Shown here: in pieces, positions 10,577 to 20,343 of the stretch
How the letters are laid out: each line of letters opens with the position of its first letter
How positions within the stretch are numbered: position 1 is the first letter of the stretch
Source: a virus
Taxonomy: Duplodnaviria; Caudoviricetes
Length of the DNA: 64,000 bases
Virus record (IMG/VR): IMGVR_UViG_3300048121_000993
Span: 22,369 to 86,368 of that record
Reading direction: 5' to 3' (one strand)
Notes under the pieces: model-generated
Database searches by the model: none
What the model was told of the DNA's origin: nothing
The model's input: the letters and a program-made list of their open reading frames with translations, nothing else
Translations under genes and position numbers: made by a program

Positions 10577-11863
10577 ATGAGCGACTTCCTAGAGCCAATA
10601 AAAGATGCAAGTGATTATCTTAACTCAACTAAAATAGATATACCTACAGGTAAGTTTGATGTAGACCCAGAATCAGGCACTGTAACCCCTCAAACACAAG
10701 CGTACAGCTTGAAAGAAATCATTTGTAGCCTATTAGCAGGAAATGGTATAAAACTACCTAATTTACAAGTATGTTTAAAAATTAACATAGGTAGACTAAT
10801 ACCCGAAATACCCGCAGGCTTAGAAGATTTACAAGATGCGTTAAGTGGTGCCGAAAAAGCACTAGATGATTTTACTGCACATACAAATATTGACAATGCA
10901 TTAGGTAGACTAAATGCAGCAATGTCAGAATTTGCCGCAATTGCTAATATGATTAACTTTTGTGGAACACCAGTAGTACCAAAAGCTATACCAAATGTAT
11001 TAAAAGATGCAATGGGAAGTTTCACAGGCGCAGGTAAAAGTATATTAGATACACTAGGCACTATGGCGGATAGTGATATAGGTGGATGTATAGGAGCAGA
11101 TGGAAAATTTACTCCAGATTTATTTACAGGCGGATTGTTACAACAATTAGGTGCTAATATCAATAACCTACTTGGAATGCCAGCTTCAGTAAAAGCACAA
11201 ATCATTGGTGATTTAAATAAATTTAAATCAGACATAGAAAACCTTATAACATTTGAAAATAACTTTAAAGGAACTAGCTCAACAGGCGGCAGCTTATTTG
11301 CACCAACTGATAGAATAAACACTGGAGTAGGAGTTGCGATTCCAGAAGATTTAACACTAGCAAAGAGTCAACAATATGCAAGTAATTTACAAGCATTGTT
11401 TAATAGTTTAAAAGGTTATCCAGTTGACGATCAAGGAAACAATATTTTTTATTACTTACTTGAACCAGAATTATTAGCAAAGTTAGAAAATGACGGAGAT
11501 CCTAGCATACAGTTAGTAGGACGAGAACCAGTTTATGATCATTGTGGTAGAGTAATTGATTGGACTGCATCAACATTACAAGCAGTACAACAGAAAAGTA
11601 TAGGTGCCGCAGCACAAAATACTACACAACCTGGCATAACTGGATTAGCAGAAAGTGGAATAGTAATTACATCACCGCCAGCAACTACAACAAACTTAAA
11701 CACATCTACTTCCATAATGAAAACAGTACCTAGCAGTTCAATAGGCAAAAGCGGCGATAAAAAAGGTGACATTGCAACAGATAATAACTATATATACATA
11801 GCTAACGCAGATTTTGATGGATCTACCGCTATTTGGCTTAGAGCTTCGTTATCTTCTTGGTAA
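10577..11863 (+). CDS. putative virion protein
   Basis: 428 aa; C-terminal PSSSIGKSGDKKGDIATDNNYIYI..W module seen in fibre/virion proteins. Confidence 0.55.
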   Translation: MSDFLEPIKDASDYLNSTKIDIPTGKFDVDPESGTVTPQTQAYSLKEIICSLLAGNGIKLPNLQVCLKINIGRLIPEIPAGLEDLQDALSGAEKALDDFTAHTNIDNALGRLNAAMSEFAAIANMINFCGTPVVPKAIPNVLKDAMGSFTGAGKSILDTLGTMADSDIGGCIGADGKFTPDLFTGGLLQQLGANINNLLGMPASVKAQIIGDLNKFKSDIENLITFENNFKGTSSTGGSLFAPTDRINTGVGVAIPEDLTLAKSQQYASNLQALFNSLKGYPVDDQGNNIFYYLLEPELLAKLENDGDPSIQLVGREPVYDHCGRVIDWTASTLQAVQQKSIGAAAQNTTQPGITGLAESGIVITSPPATTTNLNTSTSIMKTVPSSSIGKSGDKKGDIATDNNYIYIANADFDGSTAIWLRASLSSW

Positions 11864-11887
11864 ATCACAAAAAACAAGACATTTCGG

Positions 11888-11916
11888 TTGACAAAACCTT
11901 ATCTTACTAGTATAGT
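11888..11916 (+). promoter_or_regulatory. sigma70-type early promoter
   Basis: GGTTGACA-17 nt-TATAGT; half-site ATCTT in the spacer. Confidence 0.55.
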
Positions 11917-11977
11917 AGTACTTAATAAGCATAAAATCTTATTATAAAACAATTAAACATATTAACATGGTAAAAAA

Positions 11978-12259
11978 ATGAGAGCAACAGAATACAAGGA
12001 TGGAATAAAACGCATCAAAGCTAAGATTGAAGTTCCTATGAGTGAACTTGATGTAGGCAATTATATACTAAGTGCTCTTACAAGCAACGCAGTTAATTTG
12101 ACACAGATACAAAGACTTAATAAGCGTGAATTATTACAATTAGCGAAAAATGAAGTCAAAGAAAAAGGTATTAAATCTATTTCATTAGAATCTGTAGACA
12201 ACGACACTAATGTTATTGTAAGAAACTATATAAAGCAAATGTTTCCAGAACTACAATAA
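11978..12259 (+). CDS. hypothetical protein
   Basis: 93 aa ORF after a promoter. Confidence 0.65.
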   Translation: MRATEYKDGIKRIKAKIEVPMSELDVGNYILSALTSNAVNLTQIQRLNKRELLQLAKNEVKEKGIKSISLESVDNDTNVIVRNYIKQMFPELQ

Positions 12260-12423
12260 TGGGATACGATTATTACGATAAAGATGCAGTCTTTAATTCG
12301 TATATAAAAGATCTGGCTTTAGAGGAAACTTTAGAGTTTGACCCTCCAATCAAAGAAGGGACACTAGGACACGATATTTTTGATAAAGTAGTGCAATTAC
12401 ATGAGCAAGTTACTGAGTCATAA
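12259..12423 (+). CDS. small hypothetical protein (54 aa)
   Basis: TAATG coupling; MGYDYYDKDAVF...QVTES*; below the ORF-track cutoff. Confidence 0.55.
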   Translation: MGYDYYDKDAVFNSYIKDLALEETLEFDPPIKEGTLGHDIFDKVVQLHEQVTES

Positions 12424-12444
12424 ATAAAAGGGTAATAAAATTAT

Positions 12445-12520
12445 GCCGGTATAGCTCAGTTGGTAGAGCAACTGATTTGTAATCAGTAGGTCGAGTGTTC
12501 GAATCATTCTACCGGCACCA
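12445..12520 (+). tRNA. tRNA-Thr(UGU)
   Basis: Cloverleaf, anticodon loop TT-TGT-AA, encoded CCA. Confidence 0.95.
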
Positions 12521-12625
12521 TATAAAAAGAGAATATAAAATACGAGAGAGAGGCACAGGACGCCCAACTGTAACAAGTTGTAATCGGAAATACAAATAGA
12601 CAGAATAAAAAAGAAAGATATATAA

Positions 12626-12841
12626 ATGAAACTTAGAAATGAGATGTTAAAAACAGCTATACAACACGCAGACGGTGAAATTCAATTACATAAAATGAAT
12701 GTTGAAGTATATTTAACCAATCCTGCAGGTATAGGCGAACACAGTGATGTAATGGAAGCTATTCAAGTTGAACTTGATAAGATGTCTACTGCACACGATC
12801 GCAAAGAAATGCTGACTAAGTATTTTAAATTGGGGGATTAG
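12626..12841 (+). CDS. conserved T4-like marine phage hypothetical
   Basis: NVEVYLTNPAGIGEHSD motif; stop codon lies inside the 5' end of tRNA-Ala. Confidence 0.7.
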   Translation: MKLRNEMLKTAIQHADGEIQLHKMNVEVYLTNPAGIGEHSDVMEAIQVELDKMSTAHDRKEMLTKYFKLGD

Positions 12842-12907
12842 CTCAGCTGGGAGAGCGTCTGGTTTGCATCCAGAAGGTCAGCAGTTCGATCCTGCTATCC
12901 TCCACCA
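12832..12907 (+). tRNA. tRNA-Ala(UGC)
   Basis: Cloverleaf, G3:U70, loop TT-TGC-AT, CCA. Confidence 0.95.
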
Positions 12908-12915
12908 AAAACACA

Positions 12916-12942
12916 AAAGAGAGCCAATGGCTCTCTTTTTTT
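12916..12942 (+). terminator. intrinsic terminator
   Basis: aaaaGAGAGCC-aat-GGCTCTCtttttt. Confidence 0.8.
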
Positions 12943-12956
12943 GACTAAATAATTGT

Positions 12957-13499
12957 ATGCGTATAGGACTTACACAACGAGTATTTGAACACAACAATCA
13001 ATCATATGATGCAACAGATCAAGATTGGTACACATATTTTGATGACCATGAGATTATACCCATACCAAATCATCCACAAAACTTTGTAAGTTTAGCAGAC
13101 AGTTTAGACTTGTTAGTTATTACCGGCGGCAATGCTCCAAGTGAGCGTGTTAAAACAGAACTACAACTAGTTCGTGCTATGATGGATAATGCTAAACCTA
13201 TATTAGGAGTTTGCCATGGAGCATTTTTCTTAACTGAACTGTTTGGCGGCAAAGTTGTTGAATGCAGTGGACATCATAATACTGTACATAATGTTACAAT
13301 GGATAATGCTACAGTACAGGTAAACAGTTTCCACAATTTACAGATAAAAAATCCACCAGAGGTTGCTAAAGTCTTAGCAGTAGACGAAGATGGGTTTTGC
13401 GAAAGTTGGACACATGGTACTATTGGTGCAGTTGTTTGGCATCCTGAACGTGGAAATATATCAATACCAAACGATATAAAACTATTGTTAAATTTATAA
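12957..13499 (+). CDS. class I glutamine amidotransferase-like (peptidase C26/PuuD-like)
   Basis: ITGG, LGVCHG (nucleophile Cys), VNSFH, WHPE. Confidence 0.85.
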   Translation: MRIGLTQRVFEHNNQSYDATDQDWYTYFDDHEIIPIPNHPQNFVSLADSLDLLVITGGNAPSERVKTELQLVRAMMDNAKPILGVCHGAFFLTELFGGKVVECSGHHNTVHNVTMDNATVQVNSFHNLQIKNPPEVAKVLAVDEDGFCESWTHGTIGAVVWHPERGNISIPNDIKLLLNL

Positions 13500-13684
13500 T
13501 AACATAAGATAAATAATTATGTAGCAAAGAGCTTTGCTACTCATCGACTGATTCACATGTGTATAACAGAGCTGTTATATAATCTAAGGTGTGACTCATT
13601 TATTCCCTTTATATAAAAAGAATAAATGTTTTATTCATGGTTCACACAAGTGAACTTACATTAAGTCAAATGGAGAATATTACA

Positions 13685-14386
13685 ATGACTACAGCAACAC
13701 AATTCGTAGAACAACTACGTAAAGATAACGAAGCACTTTTCGAAGCTTCTAAAATGAACGTGAAAGCGTATTTCGAAAGCAAAGACAATTCAATGGAAGC
13801 TCTAGTAGAGCACTTCACAGGTAGAATGGTTAACGAGAGAATGAACATGGTTGAAATCTCACGTCAAGTAGCTAACATGCCTGCTGATGCAGACCCAATT
13901 GAATTACAAAACCTATCTAAGCAAGCGATGGACGAAGCAATCCACTTCCGTATGGTAAAAGAATGCATCGAAAAAATCACTGGTGAAGAATTAGACGTAG
14001 CGAAAGCTATGGCTGATGAAGCAGCTAAGCCAACGGCAAAAGGTGCAGATTTACTAGAAGCTTATGAGGCATCTTCTGATGCGGCAGCACTTGCAGTTTA
14101 CCAAATGGTAGCTGAAGGTCGTGCAGCAGCAGTATGGTCACAAATGGCTGAATCAATTGAAGATTCATTCATTGCTAAGTCTTATGCCAAAATTGCAAAA
14201 GACGAAGGTTTTCACTCAACTATCGGTGAAATGAAACTAGAATCAATCGCAACAACACCAGAAGTTCAAGCACACGTGCTTAACATCGTTGACGGTATGC
14301 GTAAAGACTTGTTTGATGTATCTTGTGCAAACACAACTACAGCAGCAGGTTCTAAAGAACTAGTAGCAGAAGCTTACGGTTGGTAA
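13685..14386 (+). CDS. ferritin-like diiron-carboxylate protein
   Basis: Two E...ExxH units (ERMN / DEAIH; EGRA / DEGFH); GGAG RBS before ATG 13685. Confidence 0.75.
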   Translation: MTTATQFVEQLRKDNEALFEASKMNVKAYFESKDNSMEALVEHFTGRMVNERMNMVEISRQVANMPADADPIELQNLSKQAMDEAIHFRMVKECIEKITGEELDVAKAMADEAAKPTAKGADLLEAYEASSDAAALAVYQMVAEGRAAAVWSQMAESIEDSFIAKSYAKIAKDEGFHSTIGEMKLESIATTPEVQAHVLNIVDGMRKDLFDVSCANTTTAAGSKELVAEAYGW

Positions 14387-14407
14387 TCTTTACTAAACAG
14401 TAGTATT

Positions 14408-14442
14408 AACCCAGTATACTTAATTGTGTACTGGGTTTTTTT
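14408..14442 (+). terminator. intrinsic terminator
   Basis: aaCCCAGTATAC-ttaatt-GTGTACTGGGttttttt. Confidence 0.85.
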
Positions 14443-14507
14443 ACGATCAATGCTATTGACTTATGGCTAAATATGTTGTATAATATATATTAATCAGGGG
14501 ATAATTC

Positions 14508-15380
14508 ATGGACATATCCATTTATCAAAATAATACAGGAAGTGCACCAGCAATACATTGGTGGCTTTCGCAAGAAATTAACATAGGACCACAACTGTAT
14601 GATTTCAATACAGGCTATGGTCGTCCTACTGGACATCATGTAGGTGCTATTGTTATTGAAAACGAAGAAGCAGAACATAGTAAATTACATACGGAATCAC
14701 TAGCAATATTAGACAAATCGTTGCCAGGAATTGTTGATGTAATGTCGCCATTTAAACATGTTAAAGATCAATTTGATTTTTTTCTTTGGAGCAATTACAC
14801 GAACAATTTATCAAATCCAGACAATATCATTAAAGCAGATAAAACAATACTTGTAGATAATAGTTTAGAAGAACAATTATTTTTCTATATAAGTCAGTAT
14901 GCATTTGTTCGTTTGGAATTTTTAGATGATGTAGAACAACAAACGCAATCATGGGCAAACGAACATAACACTTCGGATTGGAAAGAAGTATGGTATGGAA
15001 AATATCATGATGAGTTTTTACAAGCGTTTAAAGATAAAAAATTAAAGTATATGTGGCAACTTAATTTTGCACACCACGATTTACTGGATCAGTTATCAAA
15101 AGGCAAAGAAGATATTAAACTAGTAGACGCAGATGACCACGATAGATTGTTTGAAGTTAAAAAACAAGAAGAAGACTTTTCAGATACATTATTTGCATAT
15201 GCTAATTCAGAAGCCGATTATATGGTAGTAGGCGATGATTGGTTTGAAGATTATGAAAGTATATTAGATTATACAGGAATAATGCAATCATTCAGATTAA
15301 AAAAATATGTAATTGATTATACTAGGTTATATCAACGTAGAAAAAAATTATATACAGATAAGTTTTCAAAGTATCTATAA
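14508..15380 (+). CDS. hypothetical, paralog of 16423..17349
   Basis: Shared APAIHWWL.Q..GPQLY, WSNY, WKE.WY, YMWQLNFAH. Confidence 0.8.
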   Translation: MDISIYQNNTGSAPAIHWWLSQEINIGPQLYDFNTGYGRPTGHHVGAIVIENEEAEHSKLHTESLAILDKSLPGIVDVMSPFKHVKDQFDFFLWSNYTNNLSNPDNIIKADKTILVDNSLEEQLFFYISQYAFVRLEFLDDVEQQTQSWANEHNTSDWKEVWYGKYHDEFLQAFKDKKLKYMWQLNFAHHDLLDQLSKGKEDIKLVDADDHDRLFEVKKQEEDFSDTLFAYANSEADYMVVGDDWFEDYESILDYTGIMQSFRLKKYVIDYTRLYQRRKKLYTDKFSKYL

Positions 15381-16015
15381 TGCCAAGAGTTAGACGATTT
15401 GTTGTATATGCATGTAGTTTTGGACTTAATGGTTCTATGGAACCATATGTAGAATTTAATAATCAGGATTTTTGTTGGCCACATGCAGTAGCAGAACATT
15501 ATAAATTGCATCTTAGTAATAGAAGTAGACCTGGAACAAATATAGATATGCAATTTCAAGATATATTAAATGATGTTCAAAAAAGTAATATTAGACCAGA
15601 TGATGTTGTATTGGTACAGTGGACACATGTTGACAGATATTTTAGTGAAAAAAGTGGAACATTATTTCCTACTTCAAAAGGCAAACATGTAGAATGGTTG
15701 TTTACAGATATTTACAATGAACAATTTGCGACTAATAAATTAATAAGTTATATGACAGCATTAGATGCCTTGGGAATTAATGTTTGTTACAGTTTTGCTG
15801 ATGGATATAAGCAAATTAAAGATAATATGAATTCTAGTCTACACAAAACATTTAAAAGTTTTAAATATGTTGGTTTCAATGACATTGGTTTATTTTGGCA
15901 TATCAGTGCAGATAAAACAGGTGATGTACTTACACATGATTGTTGTCATCCCAATGACAAAGGCCATAAATTTATAGCAGATAGATATATAAAAAGCATT
16001 AAGCCGTATGTATAA
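15380..16015 (+). CDS. SGNH-like hydrolase
   Basis: YACSF, VLVQWT, DCCHPNDKGH. Confidence 0.55.
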   Translation: MPRVRRFVVYACSFGLNGSMEPYVEFNNQDFCWPHAVAEHYKLHLSNRSRPGTNIDMQFQDILNDVQKSNIRPDDVVLVQWTHVDRYFSEKSGTLFPTSKGKHVEWLFTDIYNEQFATNKLISYMTALDALGINVCYSFADGYKQIKDNMNSSLHKTFKSFKYVGFNDIGLFWHISADKTGDVLTHDCCHPNDKGHKFIADRYIKSIKPYV

Positions 16016-16301
16016 ACCACTTCCTGCTTTCTTAACAATCAAAAAATCACCTATTCATAAACTAGGACTGTTTGCTTTGGAAGATATCAGCAAAGGAACA
16101 AATCTAGGAAGATCGCATTTTGTAGTACAAGATGAATTTGTTCGTATGCCCTTGGGCGGATTTGTAAATCATTCAGATAACCCTAATGTTAGAATAACAA
16201 GAGAAAAAGGTACAAGATTTTTTCAGTTACTTGTAATTAATGATATTAAATCAGGCGAAGAGTTAGTTGCAAAATATCTTAATAAAGATGGAAATTATTA
16301 A
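16008..16301 (+). CDS. minimal SET-domain protein
   Basis: SPIHKLGLFA, FVNHSDNPN, DIKSGEELVAKY. Confidence 0.85.
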   Translation: MYKPLPAFLTIKKSPIHKLGLFALEDISKGTNLGRSHFVVQDEFVRMPLGGFVNHSDNPNVRITREKGTRFFQLLVINDIKSGEELVAKYLNKDGNY

Positions 16302-16329
16302 CAAGATAAATAAAGTATATACATAATAA

Positions 16330-16405
16330 TCCTCAGTAGCTCAGTTGGTAGAGCAACGGACTGTTAATCCGTTTGTCGTTGGTTCGAGCCCAGCCTGGGG
16401 AGCCA
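16330..16405 (+). tRNA. tRNA-Asn(GUU)
   Basis: Cloverleaf, loop CT-GTT-AA, G73, CCA. Confidence 0.95.
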
Positions 16406-16422
16406 AACTTAGAAACAAATAA

Positions 16423-17349
16423 ATGAACATAGCAATATATCAGTCAGTGAATGCACATGCACCAGCAATACATTGGTGGCTAGCACAGGACCCACGATTT
16501 GGCCCACAATTATATATGTGGGTAGCAAATTCAAAAGAAGATTTAACAAGCATTGTTGAGGAAATGAGAGAACCTACATTTCCTGGCCAAGATATATCAG
16601 CAGAGTTATATGATGTTCATCAAGAAACTCTTAGAGAAATGGAAAATAAAAAAGCAGTAGACGGAGTAGTAGATTGTACTTCTACTTATTTTAATTTTAC
16701 AAAAAACTACAAACACCCAGTCTGGAGTAATTACTTTGGAGCAACTTATGATCATACGAGTACTATAGCATGTGATAAACTTATATTTGCTGAAGCAACG
16801 GTAGAAGATAGTGTTATGTATTATGTTACACAGTATGCATTTAATAATCTCGATTTAGCTGCGATAGAAGAGCATTGTCAAGTATGGTGGACAGATCATA
16901 AACTAATGAACGGTGAAATATTAGACAATTGGAAAGAAATATGGTACAGAGATTATCATAATCAATGCATACAAGATTTCCATGATGGTAAATTGCAATA
17001 CATGTGGCAATTAAATTTTGCACATTGGGATTTGCACCATGCATTAGCCAATGGACTTAATGGATTTGTATTAAACTATTCAATGGAAAGATTGTTTAAC
17101 GAGAAATATCAACGAACTACTAGCGATTTAAAAGCAGAAGCTCACCAAATAAAATATGTAAAAGATAATAACATTGATCATTTGTGTGTCGGTACATATT
17201 GGTTTAATAACATTGATACTATACTTTCTTATCTTGGAGTTGAGAATAGTGATATATTAATACAATCAGCTGAACAGTATAAAAAAGAATTCATTAGGAT
17301 CAATACAGCATACAAAGAAATACTTAATAAATACTACAAAGGAAATTAA
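16423..17349 (+). CDS. hypothetical, paralog of 14508..15380
   Basis: Shares the motifs listed for 14508. Confidence 0.8.
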   Translation: MNIAIYQSVNAHAPAIHWWLAQDPRFGPQLYMWVANSKEDLTSIVEEMREPTFPGQDISAELYDVHQETLREMENKKAVDGVVDCTSTYFNFTKNYKHPVWSNYFGATYDHTSTIACDKLIFAEATVEDSVMYYVTQYAFNNLDLAAIEEHCQVWWTDHKLMNGEILDNWKEIWYRDYHNQCIQDFHDGKLQYMWQLNFAHWDLHHALANGLNGFVLNYSMERLFNEKYQRTTSDLKAEAHQIKYVKDNNIDHLCVGTYWFNNIDTILSYLGVENSDILIQSAEQYKKEFIRINTAYKEILNKYYKGN

Positions 17350-17352
17350 ATT

Positions 17353-17814
17353 ATGAATAGAAACATAGGTAGAGGATTAATTGTAATAGGAATGCTGATG
17401 TTAGGATTCCTTTTTGCAAATACAACATCAGCTAAAGAAGTTGATATGGTTGTTTACGACTTTGAAATAACCAGAGTAATTGACGGAGATACCGTAGCCT
17501 TTAGAGCAGACTTTTTGCCAGAGCCACTTAAACAAGAACTAAGCATTCGTGTTTACGGAGTTGACACACCTGAAAAGAGTTGGAGAGCAGAATGTGAATC
17601 TGAGGCAGCATGGGGCGAACAAGCAAGTCAATTTACCAAAGACCAATTAAATGGTGCAACAGTTATACAAGTAGCCATATACAAATGGGATAAGTTTGGT
17701 GGGCGTGTGTTAGGAGATATTATCATTGACGGTAAGAGTCTAAGACATATGCTTATTGAAAATGGATTTGCACGTGAATATTATGGTGACAAAAAAGAAT
17801 CCTGGTGTGCCTGA
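17353..17814 (+). CDS. thermonuclease (SNase-like), with N-terminal signal/TM segment
   Basis: RVIDGDT, RVYGVDTPE, DKFGGRVLG. Confidence 0.85.
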   Translation: MNRNIGRGLIVIGMLMLGFLFANTTSAKEVDMVVYDFEITRVIDGDTVAFRADFLPEPLKQELSIRVYGVDTPEKSWRAECESEAAWGEQASQFTKDQLNGATVIQVAIYKWDKFGGRVLGDIIIDGKSLRHMLIENGFAREYYGDKKESWCA

Positions 17815-18451
17815 ATATACAAATCACTCTATTGATTTTGCATTAACAACATACTGTCAAGCAAAGTGTCGCAGTTGTGCGAGAACTAACCAATACACTG
17901 GCGAGAAAGAATCTTGGCTACAATTAAAACACATGGATTTAGATGTGTTCAGACAGACATTAGAATCATCTCCTAATGTACATATTGCAGATATTGAATT
18001 TTGCGGAGAATTTGGTGATCCTATGATGCATCCTCAAATTGACAAGTTTATAGAAACTGCATTAGAATTTGCACCATCTGTTAGAATATCAACAAACGGT
18101 GGCTTACGAACTCCAGACTGGTATGAGTCTATTGCAAAGAAATATAAAAACAGATTAGAAATTAATTTTGCAATAGATGGGGCTACACATGATGTTAATT
18201 GGATGTATAGAGAAGGAGTCGATTGGCACCGAGCAATAGATAATATGACTAGTTATATGTCTGCAGGTGGATGGGGCAGCTGGTGGTTTATAATATTTGA
18301 ATGGAATTGGCACCAAATACCAGAGGCTAATAGTTTGGCAAATGATATAGGTATAGAATTAATGGTACGATACAATAACAGAGATTTTGGATTAATAACT
18401 CCAGAATCACGAATAAAAGCAGATGCAATAATTAAAGAACATGGATTATAA
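17807..18451 (+). CDS. radical SAM protein
   Basis: CQAKCRSC, FCGEFGDP, STNG; GTG start inferred. Confidence 0.85.
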   Translation: MPEYTNHSIDFALTTYCQAKCRSCARTNQYTGEKESWLQLKHMDLDVFRQTLESSPNVHIADIEFCGEFGDPMMHPQIDKFIETALEFAPSVRISTNGGLRTPDWYESIAKKYKNRLEINFAIDGATHDVNWMYREGVDWHRAIDNMTSYMSAGGWGSWWFIIFEWNWHQIPEANSLANDIGIELMVRYNNRDFGLITPESRIKADAIIKEHGL

Positions 18452-18453
18452 GC

Positions 18454-18837
18454 ATGAGTAAATACAATATAAGCTGTTTTGCAATAGAAGGTACTCGCAG
18501 AATGTGGGAAGTAGGACCAGATGGTTTTGTATGGCCTTGCTGTTATTTTGGTAATGCATGGGATAAGAGACTTATGATGCATGCAGATGAACTTGATGAT
18601 CCAATCGCGAAACAGTTAGCATCAAATAAACTAAATGATGAATCTGCACTGTTATTTGATGATCCAGTAATGTTACAACTAATGAAAGAAGATCCAAATT
18701 GGAACAATTTAGAATATCATTCATTAGAAGAAATAATTAACCACAAAATATATCAAACATATATTCATCCAACAGGGTGGGAAAGCGATAACCCACCATT
18801 AGTATGTGTAGATAATTGTAATAAATGCAAGACTTGA
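18454..18837 (+). CDS. stand-alone SPASM/twitch-like Fe-S domain
   Basis: C...VGPDGFVWPCCY...CVDNC, directly after the radical SAM gene. Confidence 0.7.
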   Translation: MSKYNISCFAIEGTRRMWEVGPDGFVWPCCYFGNAWDKRLMMHADELDDPIAKQLASNKLNDESALLFDDPVMLQLMKEDPNWNNLEYHSLEEIINHKIYQTYIHPTGWESDNPPLVCVDNCNKCKT

Positions 18838-18871
18838 CAAGTTACGAAAACTCGTCTATAATACATTTTAT

Positions 18872-18946
18872 GTTCGGTTCGTCTATCGGTTAGGACTCCA
18901 GGTTTTCATCCTGGCAAGAGGGGTTCGATTCCCCTACCGAATACCA
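18872..18946 (+). tRNA. tRNA-Glu(UUC)
   Basis: Cloverleaf, loop TT-TTC-AT, CCA; TTGACA-17-TATAAT just upstream. Confidence 0.93.
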
Positions 18947-18962
18947 ATTTAAAGGAAACATA

Positions 18963-19652
18963 ATGAGCAATATAACAGGCAATGATGTAGATTGCTACTT
19001 AGTTACACACTGTCAAGGTTATTATGGTAACATGTTCATGTGGCTGTTTAATTTACACAATGGATTCCTTGATGCACCACTTAGAGCTAGAAAAACTGTA
19101 GCAGATGATACTGAAGAATATCGCATAACAAACAACAAAGTAGAGCATTTTCATTTACGGCCTGATGATTATCATAAATGGTATTTAGATACTGCAACAT
19201 GGGATCAACATATAGAAAATATATTAGCTCAACAACAGAAACTAATATGGCGTCCAAATAAACATTTTGAAAAACTAATTGTTAAGCCAGGCACACATGC
19301 TCCACAACAATTAATAAAGCAACCAAACATATCTAAAATAAAAACAAAACTAATTTTAAATCTAACAGTTGATAAAGATAATATAGACTTTTTAACAAAA
19401 TTAGAAAATCGTGTTAAAATATTAACAACAAATATTATTGAAGATGGTTATATTAAATCACAACATGCAGCATCAGTTCGAGCTGTAGAAAAACTAAAAA
19501 AATATCACACTGTAGTAAATATTGATATAGATAAATTATTGTTTAAATTTGATGACGATGAATATAATAAAGTATTAGGCTACTTAGGCACTGAACCTAT
19601 TTTATTTTGGAAAAGAAAGTTAAAGTACGGAATGGAATTAATAAATGAGTAA
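18963..19652 (+). CDS. hypothetical, paralog family with 19645 and 50508
   Basis: G..GN...W....H..F N-terminus; IDIDKLLF..D..EY C-terminus. Confidence 0.75.
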   Translation: MSNITGNDVDCYLVTHCQGYYGNMFMWLFNLHNGFLDAPLRARKTVADDTEEYRITNNKVEHFHLRPDDYHKWYLDTATWDQHIENILAQQQKLIWRPNKHFEKLIVKPGTHAPQQLIKQPNISKIKTKLILNLTVDKDNIDFLTKLENRVKILTTNIIEDGYIKSQHAASVRAVEKLKKYHTVVNIDIDKLLFKFDDDEYNKVLGYLGTEPILFWKRKLKYGMELINE

Positions 19653-20334
19653 TGTAGAATGTCACTTATTAATGCATACTGCATGTATGAATGGAAACTT
19701 TTTGTTATGGTTTATGTCACAACACGATGATTTTTTACACTCTGATATATTTCCTAGAAATACACTAATAGATAAATTCTGGGGAGATAAGTCAGATGAC
19801 CCTTTGCATTTTGCAGTTGAAGATCACAACTTATGGAAAGGTGCAATTGGCAAGTCAGAAAATACAGAACACGCAAATCAAAAGAAACACAGTTGGCAAG
19901 ATCATGTAGATATGTATAAGTCAGATCAAGCATACACTAAAATAGCAGTAAAACCTAATCTTGTACATAACATAAAGCATGCAGTAAAGGGAGATATAAT
20001 AGAACAGTTAATGAGTACAGTAACACCAAAATGTTTATATCTACCAGATGTTGAAGATCAAGTACACTTTGAAAAAATTCTAAAAAGAGCAAATCTACTA
20101 AGGCCATATGGTATGGACAGAAACAAACATTTGTTAAAAAACAATTTGGAAGGCCAGCGTGAAAATGTAGAATTACTAAAAACATGTTGCCCAGTACATA
20201 TAATTGATATTGGTAAATTATTATTTGAGTATGATGAAGAAGAATACGAAAAGCTAGTTATAATGCTAGGGTCGGATAAAATAAATAATTGGAAAGAATT
20301 AGTAAAATCAAACATAGAGTTGGTTTATACATAA
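19645..20334 (+). CDS. hypothetical, paralog family with 18963 and 50508
   Basis: NGNFLLWFMSQH..F; IDIGKLLFEYDEEEY. Confidence 0.75.
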   Translation: MSNVECHLLMHTACMNGNFLLWFMSQHDDFLHSDIFPRNTLIDKFWGDKSDDPLHFAVEDHNLWKGAIGKSENTEHANQKKHSWQDHVDMYKSDQAYTKIAVKPNLVHNIKHAVKGDIIEQLMSTVTPKCLYLPDVEDQVHFEKILKRANLLRPYGMDRNKHLLKNNLEGQRENVELLKTCCPVHIIDIGKLLFEYDEEEYEKLVIMLGSDKINNWKELVKSNIELVYT

Positions 20335-20343
20335 GAGGATATA

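Noticed and set aside
12521-12625. Purine-rich spacer after tRNA-Thr as an ncRNA or degenerate tRNA
   Set aside because: Only one weak stem (CAAC..GTTG) and no cloverleaf
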